Below, one piece after another: positions 1-12,576 of a stretch of DNA of 64,000 nucleotides; the stretch's first letter is position 1, and each line of letters starts with the position of its first letter. The position numbers were made by a program, and so were the translations under genes. A model generated the notes under the pieces. It had not been told where the DNA came from. It searched no databases and worked only from the letters and a program-made list of their open reading frames with translations. Origin of the DNA: Eledone cirrhosa (lineage: Eukaryota); NCBI GenBank assembly GCA_964016885.1, contig OZ024743.1, positions 153,326,001-153,390,000 on the forward strand, read 5' to 3'.

Positions 1-150
1 GGTGGTGAGAGCTGACCTCAGATCGCTGAAGTTCACAGAGCAGATGACGAAAGACATTGATGAATGGAGAGATGCTGTGCTGAAAAGAACTGGTTCTACC
101 CTTGCAAGCAAGGAAAAGCAGACATAAAATGATGATGATGATGATGATAT
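1..150 (+). mobile_element. 3' end of an RTE-clade LINE with (ATG)n tail
   Basis: Reads VVRADLRSLKFTEQMTKDIDEWRDAVLKRTG, resembling an RTE C-terminus, then acccttgcaagcaaggaaaagcagacataaaatgatgatg. Confidence 0.65.
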
Positions 151-3074
151 AAATATATATGTACAAAATGATAAAAATAACTTTTCTGATGAGCAGTAAA
201 GAGTGAAATGATAATAGGCATTATGAATTTCCAAATATATTAACACTGCTTAGATTTTTTTATGAGCAAGATATGGGTAAGCAAGCAAGCTAGTCTCAGA
301 CCATGACAATCAGCCAAACCCTTGAAAGCATGGAAAGTGGACATAAAATGATGATAATGATTATAATGATATGTTGGTATAATCAATGCATGAACTAACA
401 CATCATTATAATTGGTTTCATGGTAGGGTTAAAAAAGACAAGCAATTATTGGATGATATAGAAAGAAGGGTGCATAAACTCATATACATATCTTTGAGGA
501 AGATTATCGGTATTATATGCTGAATCTATGAATAACAATGTGTCAGTTCAATCATTGACTATACCAACTGTGTGTGTGTTAGTGTGTCCATGTATTTTTT
601 ATGTGCTTGACATAACAATGATTGTAAAAACTGTTGTCATCTCAAAAGACGTAACTTATCGATATAAAAAGATGATGATGAAATATGTATGAAACTAAAC
701 TATGCTCTAGCATTGTTCTGATCGACTCAAACCCTTGAAGAAATTGCTCCAGCATGGCTGGTTCTTTTTTAATAAATGGAACCAGCAACAAATTGTCTTA
801 TTCGTGTGTGTTTATACAAATACAGTTAATATGTTTGTCTTTTTTTCTTTCTGTGTAATCTAGTATCTGTGTTTGTTCAACTTTATATAAATGTTCACTT
901 ATGTGAAAATCTTAATGCATGGACGAAGGTGTTAGGAAATGATAGCATTACATTGATGTGAAATTAGCAACGTTTAAAGACAATAAGATTCTTTTGGGCT
1001 GTTAATTCTCTTTAAATTAGCACCTAATTTCATTTCTTGTTCACTACTCTTATTGCAGTGGACTGGTCATTAATACACATGGTTGCACAGAAACTAATTT
1101 CTAAAAGACTGGATGAAATTCCATACCAATTTAAAATCCATCTTATCAATACCAAAACAGATTGAATTCTTCATCATCATCAGCAGCATTACGAGTGTCA
1201 ACATCATCATCAACACTTTCACCATCAGCACAACCAGCTACCAAATCCATTACTACTGCTACAAATACCACTACTATGATTACTATCATTACACTCACTA
1301 CCATCTCCACTGTGTTATTGTCATTAACATTGCCAAATCAATGACATTCCAGCTATTGCAAATTCTATGTACACTCTATTCAGTGTCTTACCAGACAGTA
1401 CTTAATCAATGTCCGTCTAGATACTGCCAAACCAATACCACACTAGATATCACCAAGAAACAGAAAATGTATTCTTGTTAATAGGAGTAGGTACCTTGAT
1501 GGAAAGATTTAAATGTTTGCAATCATTCATTTAGGTATTTTCATTAATCATGATTCAGCCAACAGAAGTGGCACGGATCGTTTGGTATATTAATGGTCTG
1601 GGAGTTAGTTGTGCTTGGAGTATTGACAGAGAGAAACAATTGAGTGGTCATATGGACAATGGGGGATGGTGTTTGATTAATTATAATTTAAGCAACATCT
1701 CTTGTGTATGTCACTTGCCTGACTTCTAAGAGATATTGTGTGAAGTTGTTTTTGTTTAAGTTCAGGCCAACTTGAGTTAAGCAGGCCTATGATAAACACC
1801 ATTCCAACTGTGACCAGTTCATCTATTTTTGAGATAGATCTAGAACTATATTATCCATTATCTCCTTTTTCTTTAAGACTGCAGGTCAGTGGTTCCCAAA
1901 TTGTTTTATTCATGGTGAACTTTAAAGCAAATACAAATATTTTGGCTTACATTGCACATAAATGGCATTAATCTATTTAATCTATAAATATGAACAAGTT
2001 AAACTACAGAAAATTAAGTACTTATTTATGCAATAAAGTGTATATTTTTCACATTTTCATACTTGCAGAATTTTTGTGGTATACCAAGCTACATCGTGCA
2101 GCACCCCAGTTGCAGCATACTGTTTGGGACCCACTGCTGTAGTATGTAATTTAAATTTACTTTGGCTGTTATTTTTAGTAGATTGAAGGATGACTTAGAA
2201 ACTCCCTCCTTTGCCTGTATCCCATATTAATATATGCTGAAGCTTATTCCAACTTTCTTGATACCTAAGCAGCTGAGAAGCAGCTCTCTCTCTCTCTCCC
2301 CTTCCCCCCTTCCCCCTCTCCCCCTCTCTCTTTCATGATATGAATGGTAGTCTGATTTGAATTCAGAACAAGCTAAAGATCAAAATGTTTGATACATGTG
2401 ATAGGAAAATGTAATAATTTATTATTAGCATTATTATATCACTGAAGACTTGGTTTTGAATTCATCTGTGCTATATTTCTGTCAATAATGTTTATTAGCT
2501 CCTCTCTAATCCTTCTTTCTTTAATTCTAGTTAAGTCTCATAAAAACAGATACTTTAATGCCTGACTACATTATGACAAGGGTGAGATGATAAGTGTCTT
2601 AAACAACTAATGTATTGAAGAAAGAAATTGAGAATTCACTGTCAATATGTTTAGAGGCATTAGCAGATGGAATACTGAGTAAATCTACAATGAGATTTTC
2701 ACCTACAATAACTAATATATAGAACACCATGTATGTAATGCAGCTGGTGGTGTGATTAGAATGGATATTTCAGTAGAAGAAAGCAAATGTTAGAAGTCAG
2801 CCTGGTCATATATAACACATCCACAACTGATGATGATAATTCTGCTGAAAATATTTCTTAACCATGGGTGAAATTTTAATGAAATCAAATTCCTTAGCTA
2901 ACTATATTACATATGTTAGCATTGACCTGACCTTATCATTTGGTTTTCTTGCAAACTTTGTACGTGTGTACACTCCCATAGTCACTCTAAAAGTTATTAT
3001 GACACATTCTCTCCTACAATCTCTCTTTTTTCTCTCTCTCTCTCACATCATCTTTGATATAAATATCAACTTGT

Positions 3075-3710
3075 GTTGAACAGAACCATGACTCATCACC
3101 AATGACGATTCTCCTCAGCAAGTCTGGTTCTGTTTCAAGATGCTCAAGGATGTCCAGACACACCTGCATGCACCGCTCCTTCTTGTCATTGCTCAGTAGC
3201 GTTAGCACCATCTTCGTGCAGATCTTCTGCAAGCAGAAGTCTTTGGTGATAATCTTCTAAATGCTGTCATGGTTCCTGCCCAGCTCACTTGCAATCAGTC
3301 AAACAATCAGCCAATGATTGCCATGCACCATCTTCTACACATGCTAAACATTGACCTCAGTCTTGCTCATTGAAACCCTTCAGGTCCTGGGGTTGTCTTC
3401 TACTTTTTTGTCACTCAAAAACCTATGAGTGTACAGTTGCTGCAGTATTCCAAGTTCTTCTGATGGAGTTTTCCGCAGCTGGACTAGTAATTTCTGGTTC
3501 ATTCATTGGTCTGTGCCCATTACTCAATGGCCTAAAATTGAGGAGCTGTTAACAAAAGCATGAGAAACGTATAATGGCTACAGAGAGCTGTGATTGCAGT
3601 TATGTACTCCCCAGATATGATATCACACAGTTATGCAACTCACTAATCCCTACCCCACTCATAGCTCACACAGAAAACTATGTCCTGTTACTTTTTTGAC
3701 ACACCTCGCA
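3075..3710 (-). mobile_element. Truncated mariner (Tc1/mariner) transposon remnant
   Basis: ORF 3014-3232 KICTKMVLTLLSNDKKERCMQVC...RRIVIGDESWF resembles the mariner WVPR/TGDE region; TIR-like end tgcgaggtgtgtcaaaaaagtaac at ~3687-3710 next to TA. Confidence 0.8.
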
Positions 3711-5410
3711 TATATATATATGTACCAAGATTTTTGTGTGACAGTACATGTAAATCTATGCATTATTGAAAAGATCTAAGCAAATTGAAACTTGTCTCAC
3801 TCATACCCAACCTGCACTGACCATATTCAATTTTAATTAATTAAAATTGATTGACTCATTATGTTAAGTATACTAGCAACAACCATAAGTTTATTTTCTT
3901 TTTGCCAGACTTAATGTAACTCATAACTTATTTCCAGCATCTTATGCTTGCTAATGTATTGCATGATTTACAGTTAGGAATCAAACAAGTTGAAAAGAAT
4001 CTTAAATTCACCACATATGAATCTGAGCAAATAAATCAATAAATGACAAATATAGTCAGAAACCCTACGTCCAGCATTGAAGATGGTGCATATCTCATTC
4101 CATAACATAGTGGTAGTGAATGGATGGAAATTGTCATTGATGAGAATAAGATGAAGATGAAAGCTTTATTTCGCAATATCATTTCTTACTGAGGCACAGC
4201 CTTAATTATGGAACTAACCTTCGGTTGATTTCACATTAATTCTGGATGTGACCTTGGTAATTGTAATATGATATAAAATGGTCATGATTAAATGGAAAAT
4301 AGATAAATTTTATTTAGGTTTATTTGCTAGGCAAATGACATGACCTGAGACTGTATGTTGAAATTCAAATAATTACAGCTTATAGATTCATTAGAACCAC
4401 ATGCATATGCTGTTATAATCATTTAAAATTTATTTTGAAATAGTTATATAAAATGTTTAATATCACAATCTTTCACTGTGAATCTACAATGCTATTTTTC
4501 CATGCTAAAATAACAGTTTATTGAATTTAAATAATTTTCCTCAATTGCCAAACATGATGGTTTAGACAAAGATACTGTTTCCAATGGTAAAGGACTGTCA
4601 TTTCTCGTTGTAATTCTATGAGCAGCTAACAGTTTTACTGTCCTAATTTTCAAGATTTCATATATACATGTATATATGGAGTACTCACATAAACAACAAA
4701 GTTGGCTTGGCCTGCTGCATGTGCTTCTGCATTCTCAGAACTTACAAGTCTAGAGAAATTCAGGACATCATCCTATTCTACTCCACCTTTACCTGATTCC
4801 ACCTTGAATACTGTTGTCTACTATGGTTTCCATGCATGAAACAAAGTATTATGAAAACAGAAGAACCCCTGAAGTCAATTAGAAAAAAAAGATAGACAGT
4901 ATGATAGGCTTTGACTATTATAGTCGACTAGAAACATTCAAACTCTACCTTCTCCGTTAATATTATATCATCTGTATGATGTCGAAAATATTACACCAAT
5001 ATTGCCCAAATGATGTTAGTATCAGCTTTAAAATCCGTCCAAGGCTTGGTCCCCATGTTATTCGCATCTCATAGCAATGATACAACACAGTTACTTCATC
5101 TCAACTGGTGCTGCTTTCTTTAATATCTTACCAAAATACATCAAGATAAAAATAGATCCATAATATTCAATAGCTACGTGGTCAAATTTCTCCAAGAAAT
5201 CCTGAATAAACCCCCAACACCCAAATCTGTCTCCAAAATAGCAACTCTTTGCTAGAGTGGGCCACACTGTCCAAAATGTGACAAGGTTGTAAACCCATAA
5301 TCAGAAAATCTTCACCAAGTTGTGGTATTAAATTAGACATGACCTGTGCCAACACTGGTTGAAACCTATCAGTTTTATATATGCTGGCCTTGTGCCTAAA
5401 GTAGAAACAG

Positions 5411-5411
<1 letters not shown>

Positions 5412-5495
<84 letters not shown>

Positions 5496-5522
5496 CATAT
5501 ATGTATATATATACATATATAC

Positions 5523-5617
<95 letters not shown>

Positions 5618-5621
5618 CACA

Positions 5622-5675
<54 letters not shown>

Positions 5676-5723
5676 CATATATACATATATATACATATAT
5701 ATATACATATATATATACATATA

Positions 5724-5799
<76 letters not shown>

Positions 5800-5832
5800 C
5801 ATATATACATATATATATATATACATATATAC

Positions 5833-5863
<31 letters not shown>

Positions 5864-5870
5864 CACATAT
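5412..5870. repeat. (TA)n/(TACA) microsatellite
   Basis: Direct reading; source of the spurious YI-rich ORFs. Confidence 0.99.
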
Positions 5871-5890
5871 TGTTCAACACTGACAAAGGA

Positions 5891-5933
5891 ACGCTCTTCT
5901 AGTTTCAAGCTTATTAGCTATCGTCAGCAACGT
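5891..5933 (-). ncRNA. Degenerate minimal hammerhead motif
   Basis: Minus strand acgttg CTGACGA tagc-taataa-gctt GAAA ctag aa gagcgt; a related partial copy at ~56497-56545 reads GAAACTAGTA. Confidence 0.5.
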
Positions 5934-6223
5934 ATACCTTCCTGCCACATTGTTGAACGTATATACTTACCTTATGCATATTAACGGCTGAGTAGCCCAA
6001 TTTGCATATCGAGTGGGTTAATCGGCCGGGTGCACCGAAAACGATAAACGGAAAAAATGAAACGAAATTTCATTTCCCACTCTTAGTACGTCTAAAACTT
6101 AAATATAAGTATGTACACGTACATACATATATGTATACAGACGTACAGTAGTATGTATATATATATACATACATGCACACATATATATATGTACGTATGG
6201 ATTCACCGAACATTTATTATAAT

Positions 6224-6253
6224 ACATATATATATATATATATACATATATAC

Positions 6254-6316
<63 letters not shown>

Positions 6317-6432
6317 CACATATATATATATACACATATATATATATACATATATATACACACATATATATATATATATATATATACATATATACATATA
6401 CACACATATATATATATATATATACATATATA
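6224..6432. repeat. (TA)n-type microsatellite
   Basis: Direct reading. Confidence 0.98.
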
Positions 6433-6434
6433 CG

Positions 6435-6761
6435 AGGTACATGGCTTAGTGGTTAGAGCATTTGCCTTGCAATCGAAAGGTTGTGAGTTCAATTCTCAGA
6501 CAGGGTGATGTGTTGTTTCCTTGAGCAAGACACTTTATTTCACATTGCTCCAGTTTATTCAGCTGTAGAAATGAGATGATAGGGCCTGGGGTCCCTATCA
6601 TCCCACTGCAAAGTGGTTGTGGAGGTGCCACGGCAAAAAAAGCACCCAGCACTCACTGTAAATGAGGTTGGTGTTAGGAAGGGCATCCATCTGTAGAAAT
6701 CAAGCCAGAATCAGTTCCCGTCCCACCCTTGCAAGCAGGGAAAAAGCGGACGTAAAATGAA

Positions 6762-6797
<36 letters not shown>
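6435..6797 (+). mobile_element. tRNA-derived SINE (family B) with RTE-like 3' tail and (ATG)n
   Basis: A box tggcttagtgg, B box gagttcaattc, ccttgagcaagacactt core, tail cccttgcaagcagggaaaaagcggacgtaaaatg(atg)n; close copy at 51217-51562 (-). Confidence 0.85.
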
Positions 6798-6799
<2 letters not shown>

Positions 6800-7106
6800 G
6801 CAAGAAAGTGTTGGTAAAATCCAGTACTTCAGTATGCGGATAGGGAGCTCTCAACGGTACTTCAGTATCCGGAGTTATAATAATGACGAAACTGCATAGG
6901 AATTCTCAAGAACTCACAACCTAACTAAGGAAACCTCTTGTTGAGTCAAACAATGTCATACGTTAAAACTATCCACAATACGGTGTACTCACAACCTCTA
7001 ACTGGATTACCTATAACGATAATTTGTTATATATACATATATATATATATATATGTATATAGTGATGAAACATAAGTCAATTGCATGAACTCATAATCTT
7101 TTATTT

Positions 7107-7162
7107 ACTGCTATATATATTTCGATGATAGCCATTGTATGGCTATGACCTCATCAGGCAGT
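7107..7162 (-). ncRNA. Type I hammerhead ribozyme
   Basis: actgc CTGATGA ggtcatagcca-tacaa-tggctatcatc GAAA tatata TA gcagt; 5-bp stem I, palindromic stem III. Confidence 0.85.
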
Positions 7163-7945
7163 TAGTCAGTTCTTAGATATGCCAGCTCTGTGTTTTTGGT
7201 GTTGATGGTTTCTGAGCCTTGGGACATAGGAGCTTGTTAGGGATAATTAAATGTTGTCAGCAGGAATAATCTTAATTCTCATTGGTCAGTTTGTAGATGC
7301 TAGTAGGGTTGGTATTTGACCTCAAAGTGGTCGGTGGTGTTGTAAACTTCAAACCATCAGGCAAGATGACAATAGTTCCATATGACTGATTTTCACAAAT
7401 ATCAGCAATATCTTTTCCAAACACCCATTTTACTTTTCTTTAAAAATAACACCTCGTTTTATGTCTGCCATATACTTGGATACTAGATACAATGTGTATG
7501 TGTGGATGTGTGTGTGTGTCTGTGGGGTGGGTGTATGTGCAAGTCAACCAACATAAGTCTTTTTATATGTAACCTTTCTAAGTATTTGACTCTAATCATA
7601 ATTTTCAGTAGTACCACCCCACATAAATTCCTCAATTTATGAATGCCCTGTAGTATCGAATTTCATACTATAAACCTCAATTGAATATATATCTGACCAG
7701 GAATGCTTTTTGTGAAAATCAATCATATGGAACTATTGTCATCTTGCCTGACGGTTTGAACTTTACAACACCACCGACCACTTTGAGGTCAAATACCAAC
7801 GCTACTAGCATCTACAAACTGACCAATGAGAATTAAGATTATTCCTGCCGACAACATTAAATTATCCCTAACAAGCTCATATGTCGCAAGGCTCAGAAAC
7901 CATCAACACCAAAAACACAGAGCTGGCATATCTAAGAACTGACTA

Positions 7946-8001
7946 ATTGCCTGATGAGGTCATAGCCATACAATGGCTATCATCGAAATATATATAGCAG
8001 T
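7946..8001 (+). ncRNA. Type I hammerhead ribozyme (other arm of the foldback)
   Basis: attgc CTGATGA ... GAAA tatata TA gcagt, followed by aataaa. Confidence 0.85.
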
Positions 8002-8348
8002 AAATAAATGATTATGAGTTCATGCAATTGACTTATGTTTCATCACTATATACATATATATGTAGTGACCTACATTCCGCGGGCTCACATACATTCTCTG
8101 TGCGTGATTTGGCTCAGCTCAGCCAATCAATGCCAGTAGACGAGGATGTATCCCTACGCGCCCTGAGGGAGAAATTCCCCGCGAAGATTTGAAGAATCTC
8201 TCTCTCGCACCTGGAACTTCGAACCAGCAACACGTACAACATGTGACGGTGAGATTTTGCACTTTGGCCTGCCGGCTTTCCGGCACAATTCCTTTTGTAA
8301 CCTCATTTTATGTGTAACTTCAACCATACAAGTTAACAAACATTATTT

Positions 8349-8463
8349 GAGTTCAAATCCCGCCGAGGTTGACTTTGCCTTTCATCCTTACGGGGTCGAT
8401 AAAATAAAGTACCAGTAATGCACTGAGTAATTGCTGGCCTTGTGCCTAAAGTAGAAACAATTA
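8349..8463 (+). mobile_element. SINE family A (Nin-domain-like), 5'-truncated
   Basis: gagttcaaatcc B box + gactttgcctttcatccttacggggtcgataaaataaagtaccag + gctggccttgtgcctaaagtagaaacaattatt. Confidence 0.85.
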
Positions 8464-8801
8464 TTTGTGCTACAACAAAAATAAACATACATTTCATCTC
8501 TAATTTCTGCTGTTGACATCATTATTATGTTACTCGTGTCTCAATAACATTTATACACCATGCTGCTAAATATATATATATATATATGGGATAACAAATT
8601 ATCGTTATAGGTAATCCAGTTAGAGGTTGTGAGTACTCCGTATTGTGACTAGTTTTAACGTATGGCGTTGTTTGACTCAACAAGAGGTTTCCTTAGTTAG
8701 GTTGTGAGTTCTCGAGAATTCCTATGCAGGTTAATCTTGGAGTAATACTAGTGAAAGAGTGAACAATAACATGGTCAACAGTACAGAAAGGGTTTTATTT
8801 A

Positions 8802-8914
8802 CAGTATTAAAAATTGTTTCATTGATCAGTGTGTCTAAAAATTGCTAATCACTCGAAGTTGTGTCACTCAATTTTAAATACAATGTACGCGTAATCCAAT
8901 CATCAGAATAACTG
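8802..8914 (-). ncRNA. Decayed hammerhead with 79-nt stem II
   Basis: Minus: cagttatt CTGATGA ttgg...tcaat GAAA caattt TT aatactg, then aataaa; the downstream tail 8591-8728 matches 6892-7030 inverted. Confidence 0.6.
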
Positions 8915-9391
8915 ATTACAATTATACACGGCGTTTGTAATATACTACGAAAATTCAAATCACAACATCAGTAATAAAGAAAGAAAAAAGAAAAAGCGAG
9001 AGAAAAAAAATATAATAAATAAGTTAGAATGAAGATGATAAAAAATGACTAAAAAAATATATATGTGTGTGTAAAAAAGTGGACATAATATGATTGTTGA
9101 AAATAGTTGTTGGTGGTGGTTGTTAAAGTATAACGATGTGATGGTATAAATATGAAAATATTAAATATATACATATATGTATTGGTTAACTTACAGAGGG
9201 TTATATTATGAAGAAATAGTACAGCGCTAAATAAAGGATAAATTAATAAATTGGAAGTTATGTGAGAGGTGAAGAGAACATGATAGGATATAATGTAAGA
9301 CTTGAAATAGTTTTAGGGAAAGAGAGTGAAAGAGAGAAAGGTTAAGGGGTTATGATGTTGATTCAGTCATTAGTTGTTCTATTGGCAGTTA

Positions 9392-10412
9392 ATAATAATT
9401 GTTTCTACTTTTGGCACAATGCCAGTAATTACCCAGTGCATTACTGGTACTTTATTTTATCGATCCCGTAAGGATGAAAGGCAAAGTTTACCTCGGTGGG
9501 ATTTGAACTCAGGCGATAAAGGACTGTAACTCTATGCTGCAAAGCATGGTGTCCAACTCTCTACCGATGCTGCCAATCCACAATGGGTTATTATAATAGA
9601 CTCTAAGTGGTTCAGTTTGAATTATGGGATTGTTGGATCGAATCATGTTGGTTTGAAAGTAGCAAATTTCGTAGCTGCTTTATGCCTACAGAAAATTGAC
9701 AGTTCTATTTTGCTGTTAAGCAGCATTTTGTCATATTTTGTGAATTGGCAGTATCGGTAGAGGGTTGGACGCCATGCTTTCCAGCATAGTTACGTCCCTT
9801 TACAGTCTGAGTTCAAATCCCGCCGAGGTTAACTTTGCCTTTCATCCTTACGGGTCGATAAAATAAAGTACCAGTAATGTACTGAAAAATTGCTGGCCTT
9901 GTGTCTAAAGTAGAAACAATTATTATTATTAGTAGTAGTACTGCAGTGGACTGGCAGAATCAGTAGATTGTCGGACATCATGTTTTGCTGCATAGAGTTA
10001 CAGACCTTTACGTTCTGAGTTCAAATCCCGCTGAGGTTAACTTTGCCTTTCATCCTTACAGGGTTGATAAAATAAAGCACCAGTAATGCACTAGGGTCGA
10101 TTTAATCATCCCCCCCCCCGCCCCCTTGTGCTTATACTAGAAATTATTGCAGCAAAGAGTTACGGCCCTTTATGTTCAGAGTTCAAATCCCGCCAAGGTT
10201 AACTTTGCCTTTCATCCTTACGGGGGTCAATAAAATAAAGTATCAGTAATACACTGGGATAATTGCTGGCCTTGTGCCAAAAGTAGAAACAATTATTATT
10301 ATTATCCTTACAGGGTCGATAAAATAAAGCACCAGTAATGCACTGGAGTCGATTTAATAAACTTTCCCTTCCCCTTCAAATTGCTGGCCTTGTGCCTAAA
10401 GTAGAAAATTAT
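9392..10412. mobile_element. Cluster of five SINE family A copies: 9392-9580 (-); 9740-9930, 9945-10145, 10150-10300 and 10304-10412 (+)
   Basis: Repeated gagttcaaatcccg..actttgcctttcatccttac.gggtcgataaaataaag core. Confidence 0.9.
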
Positions 10413-11199
10413 TTTATTTTCAAATACTGATGATCGTTAATTGTTTTTGTGTAGTCTCATGTTAAAATTGATTGTGCAGTCCTTTGGCACACAGATAATT
10501 AGCCAAATGACATAGTGTGGGCCAGAGATTCATAATTCATGATTATACAATGTCTTTAATAAGTGAAGAACCATACTTCCCATTTCAATATTCAGTGATG
10601 AATTGCATAAGGTGCTGTACCTTTACTAATACTTTATGTCGGAGATATGATAAGCTATTTCATGAGATAATCAGAATTTATTATTTGTTAAGGTGGCTTT
10701 GAGTAATTCTTGTATGAGTGGATTTCAATGAAAAGAATCAAAAGTTTTGATGCTGATGATGATAGCTAATATGGTATATTGAAGAACTATTGTGTTGTTG
10801 CTGTTGAAACCATTATTGTTATGTGTGTGAATAGTATGGGGGTTGAGTTTTGGTTAGATCCTGCATTGTTAGACTAGATTATAAGGATCTCTAAAAGAAT
10901 GGTATCACAATTAATAAGAAACAGATTTGCTTTAGGTTAGATACAGTATGATATGGGCATATGATGCATATGAAGGATGCAAATAAATAATAGGACAAAT
11001 AAACCTCTCAATAAAGATGACAAAACTGTAATGATCAGTAACACAGTGCTGGAGAAGACTCACCCACAAATGCAAGCATGGTGAAATGAATATTAAAAGT
11101 ATAGTAGAGTTGGAGACTGGGAAATATATCTTCCTTTGGGTTATTCATCCAATATGTCCTCCTTAATGATGCTCACTTATTGGATCTTGTCTCATTTCC

Positions 11200-11760
11200 T
11201 TGATTCTCACTCAGTCTCATATTAGCAGTACTGTACTGCCTACATCATCTGTAGAAAGGTCCCTGTGTTGTGACCAGTCCAGTATTTGATGCTGTCAGAC
11301 CAGGATTTTCTTTGTCTGCCTCTCATTCGCCCTGCTTCAACTGGGCCATGTAGGATGTTTTTAGACTTCTTTTCACCATTGCAAGGAGTGGTTCCTATCT
11401 GCCAGCATATTTGTGAAGTATTGCCTGACGAAGCTGTTTGTTTTGTGCTCTGTGTATAAGATGTGTAGCAGCACTTGTTCTCAAATGCCTCGATTCTTTG
11501 TTCCATGTTAGCTGTGAGAGTCCAACTCTCACATCCATACACAAGGGTCAAAGTCACCAAGGACTTACATAGTTTGAGCTTCTTTGGAAAACTAATGGGC
11601 TTGCTTTTCCATATGCCATTCAACTTTACAATGGCAGATGTGGCCAGGCTGAGTTCTGTCAGTATCTCCATTTGAGATTTGTTGTCTTTGGTCATAGTGG
11701 ATCCTAGGTACTTGAAGGTGTCAACTTCTTCAAGACTTCCTCCATTCCAATAATACACGC
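11200..11760 (-). mobile_element. RTE-clade LINE 3' ORF remnant
   Basis: LEEVDTFKYLGS...LVYGCESWTL...GRMRGRQRKSWSDSIK in ORF 11240-11821. Confidence 0.85.
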
Positions 11761-11965
11761 TACATCCTACTATCACCTTCCTTATACAGCTAGCCAATAC
11801 AATCCTTTCTCTTAAGACCATATCTTAGAGAAAGAAGACACCCCTCACTTGCTCTCTGTCATTCACCAATAGGCATTTAACTACTACTCCTGTGATATAT
11901 CCTTTCTCTGGCTTCCCACAACACTGTCTCTTCCATTATACTCTCATTTCCTTCTTGTATTATTG

Positions 11966-12222
11966 TTTAGTGAGTTGGTCACAGGGTTATTTATTTCAGT
12001 AAACACCACTGCATGCCAACTACTAATTTAATTAGATAACAGATATAGAAAAACTTTTGTGTATTTTCGCTCCGTGTGGTCAGCTCAAGAGCCTGTTGCC
12101 AAAGAGAGGAAGATTGCTCTTTGCTCCCTCCTTTATAATTCCTAGAACGGAAGTTCAAGGAATACTCTAGAATTCTACGGGAAGTAACTCTAGCTACTTC
12201 CCTTTGTCTAGAGAGCGCTACA
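11966..12222 (-). repeat. 3' LTR of the Gypsy element
   Basis: Matches 16563-16817 with about 6 substitutions and 2 indels counted by eye; purine tract gagagggggag lies just upstream on the minus strand. Confidence 0.95.
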
Positions 12223-12576
12223 AGACTCCCCTCTCAGACGAGAAGGTCATCGTAGCGAGAACCCGTAAGAAATGGGGAGCAAAGCAAAGGTACAAGAAAG
12301 TGCATGAATAAAACATGAGCTCGCAACAGAAGCAAATAGCAAAAAGGTATAAAACAAGTAAATGCATTTTACAAAGAAAACATTTTGGCTGCACAAGGAT
12401 GATGCAGAAAAATGTAAATGTCACAAAACTGATAATTCAAATTTGAGAAAAATTAATGCTCAATGGTTAGTTCAAAGTTTCTTCAAAATCAAATAGTTCA
12501 TACATCACCAGTGTACAGACTTTTCCGACACTAATTTTATATGGACCTGAAAAGAGTTTGTTGATGCCACCAGGGG

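Larger units (their letters stand above)
7050..8060. mobile_element. Foldback PLE-like non-autonomous insertion with ~350-bp inverted arms (7050-7399 / 7709-8060)
   Basis: Arms are reverse complements with few mismatches; each ends in an HHR, an AATAAA-like motif and TA repeats. Confidence 0.85.

Noticed and set aside
181-220. CTGATGA...GAAA hammerhead-like string
   Set aside because: Stems I and II barely pair, so it cannot be told from chance
1113-1481. 122-aa His/Tyr/Thr-rich ORF
   Set aside because: Decayed CAT/CAC/TAC trinucleotide tract with no recognisable domain
3970-4190. Possible host exon or transposase fragment
   Set aside because: In-frame stops, no recognisable motif and no clear splice pair
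6435-6510. tRNA gene
   Set aside because: The A/B boxes belong to a SINE head that continues into the SINE body; no convincing cloverleaf
8061-8474. Possible solo LTR (starts TGTAGTG, later CTACA) interrupted by a SINE
   Set aside because: No second copy, primer site or clear target duplication visible
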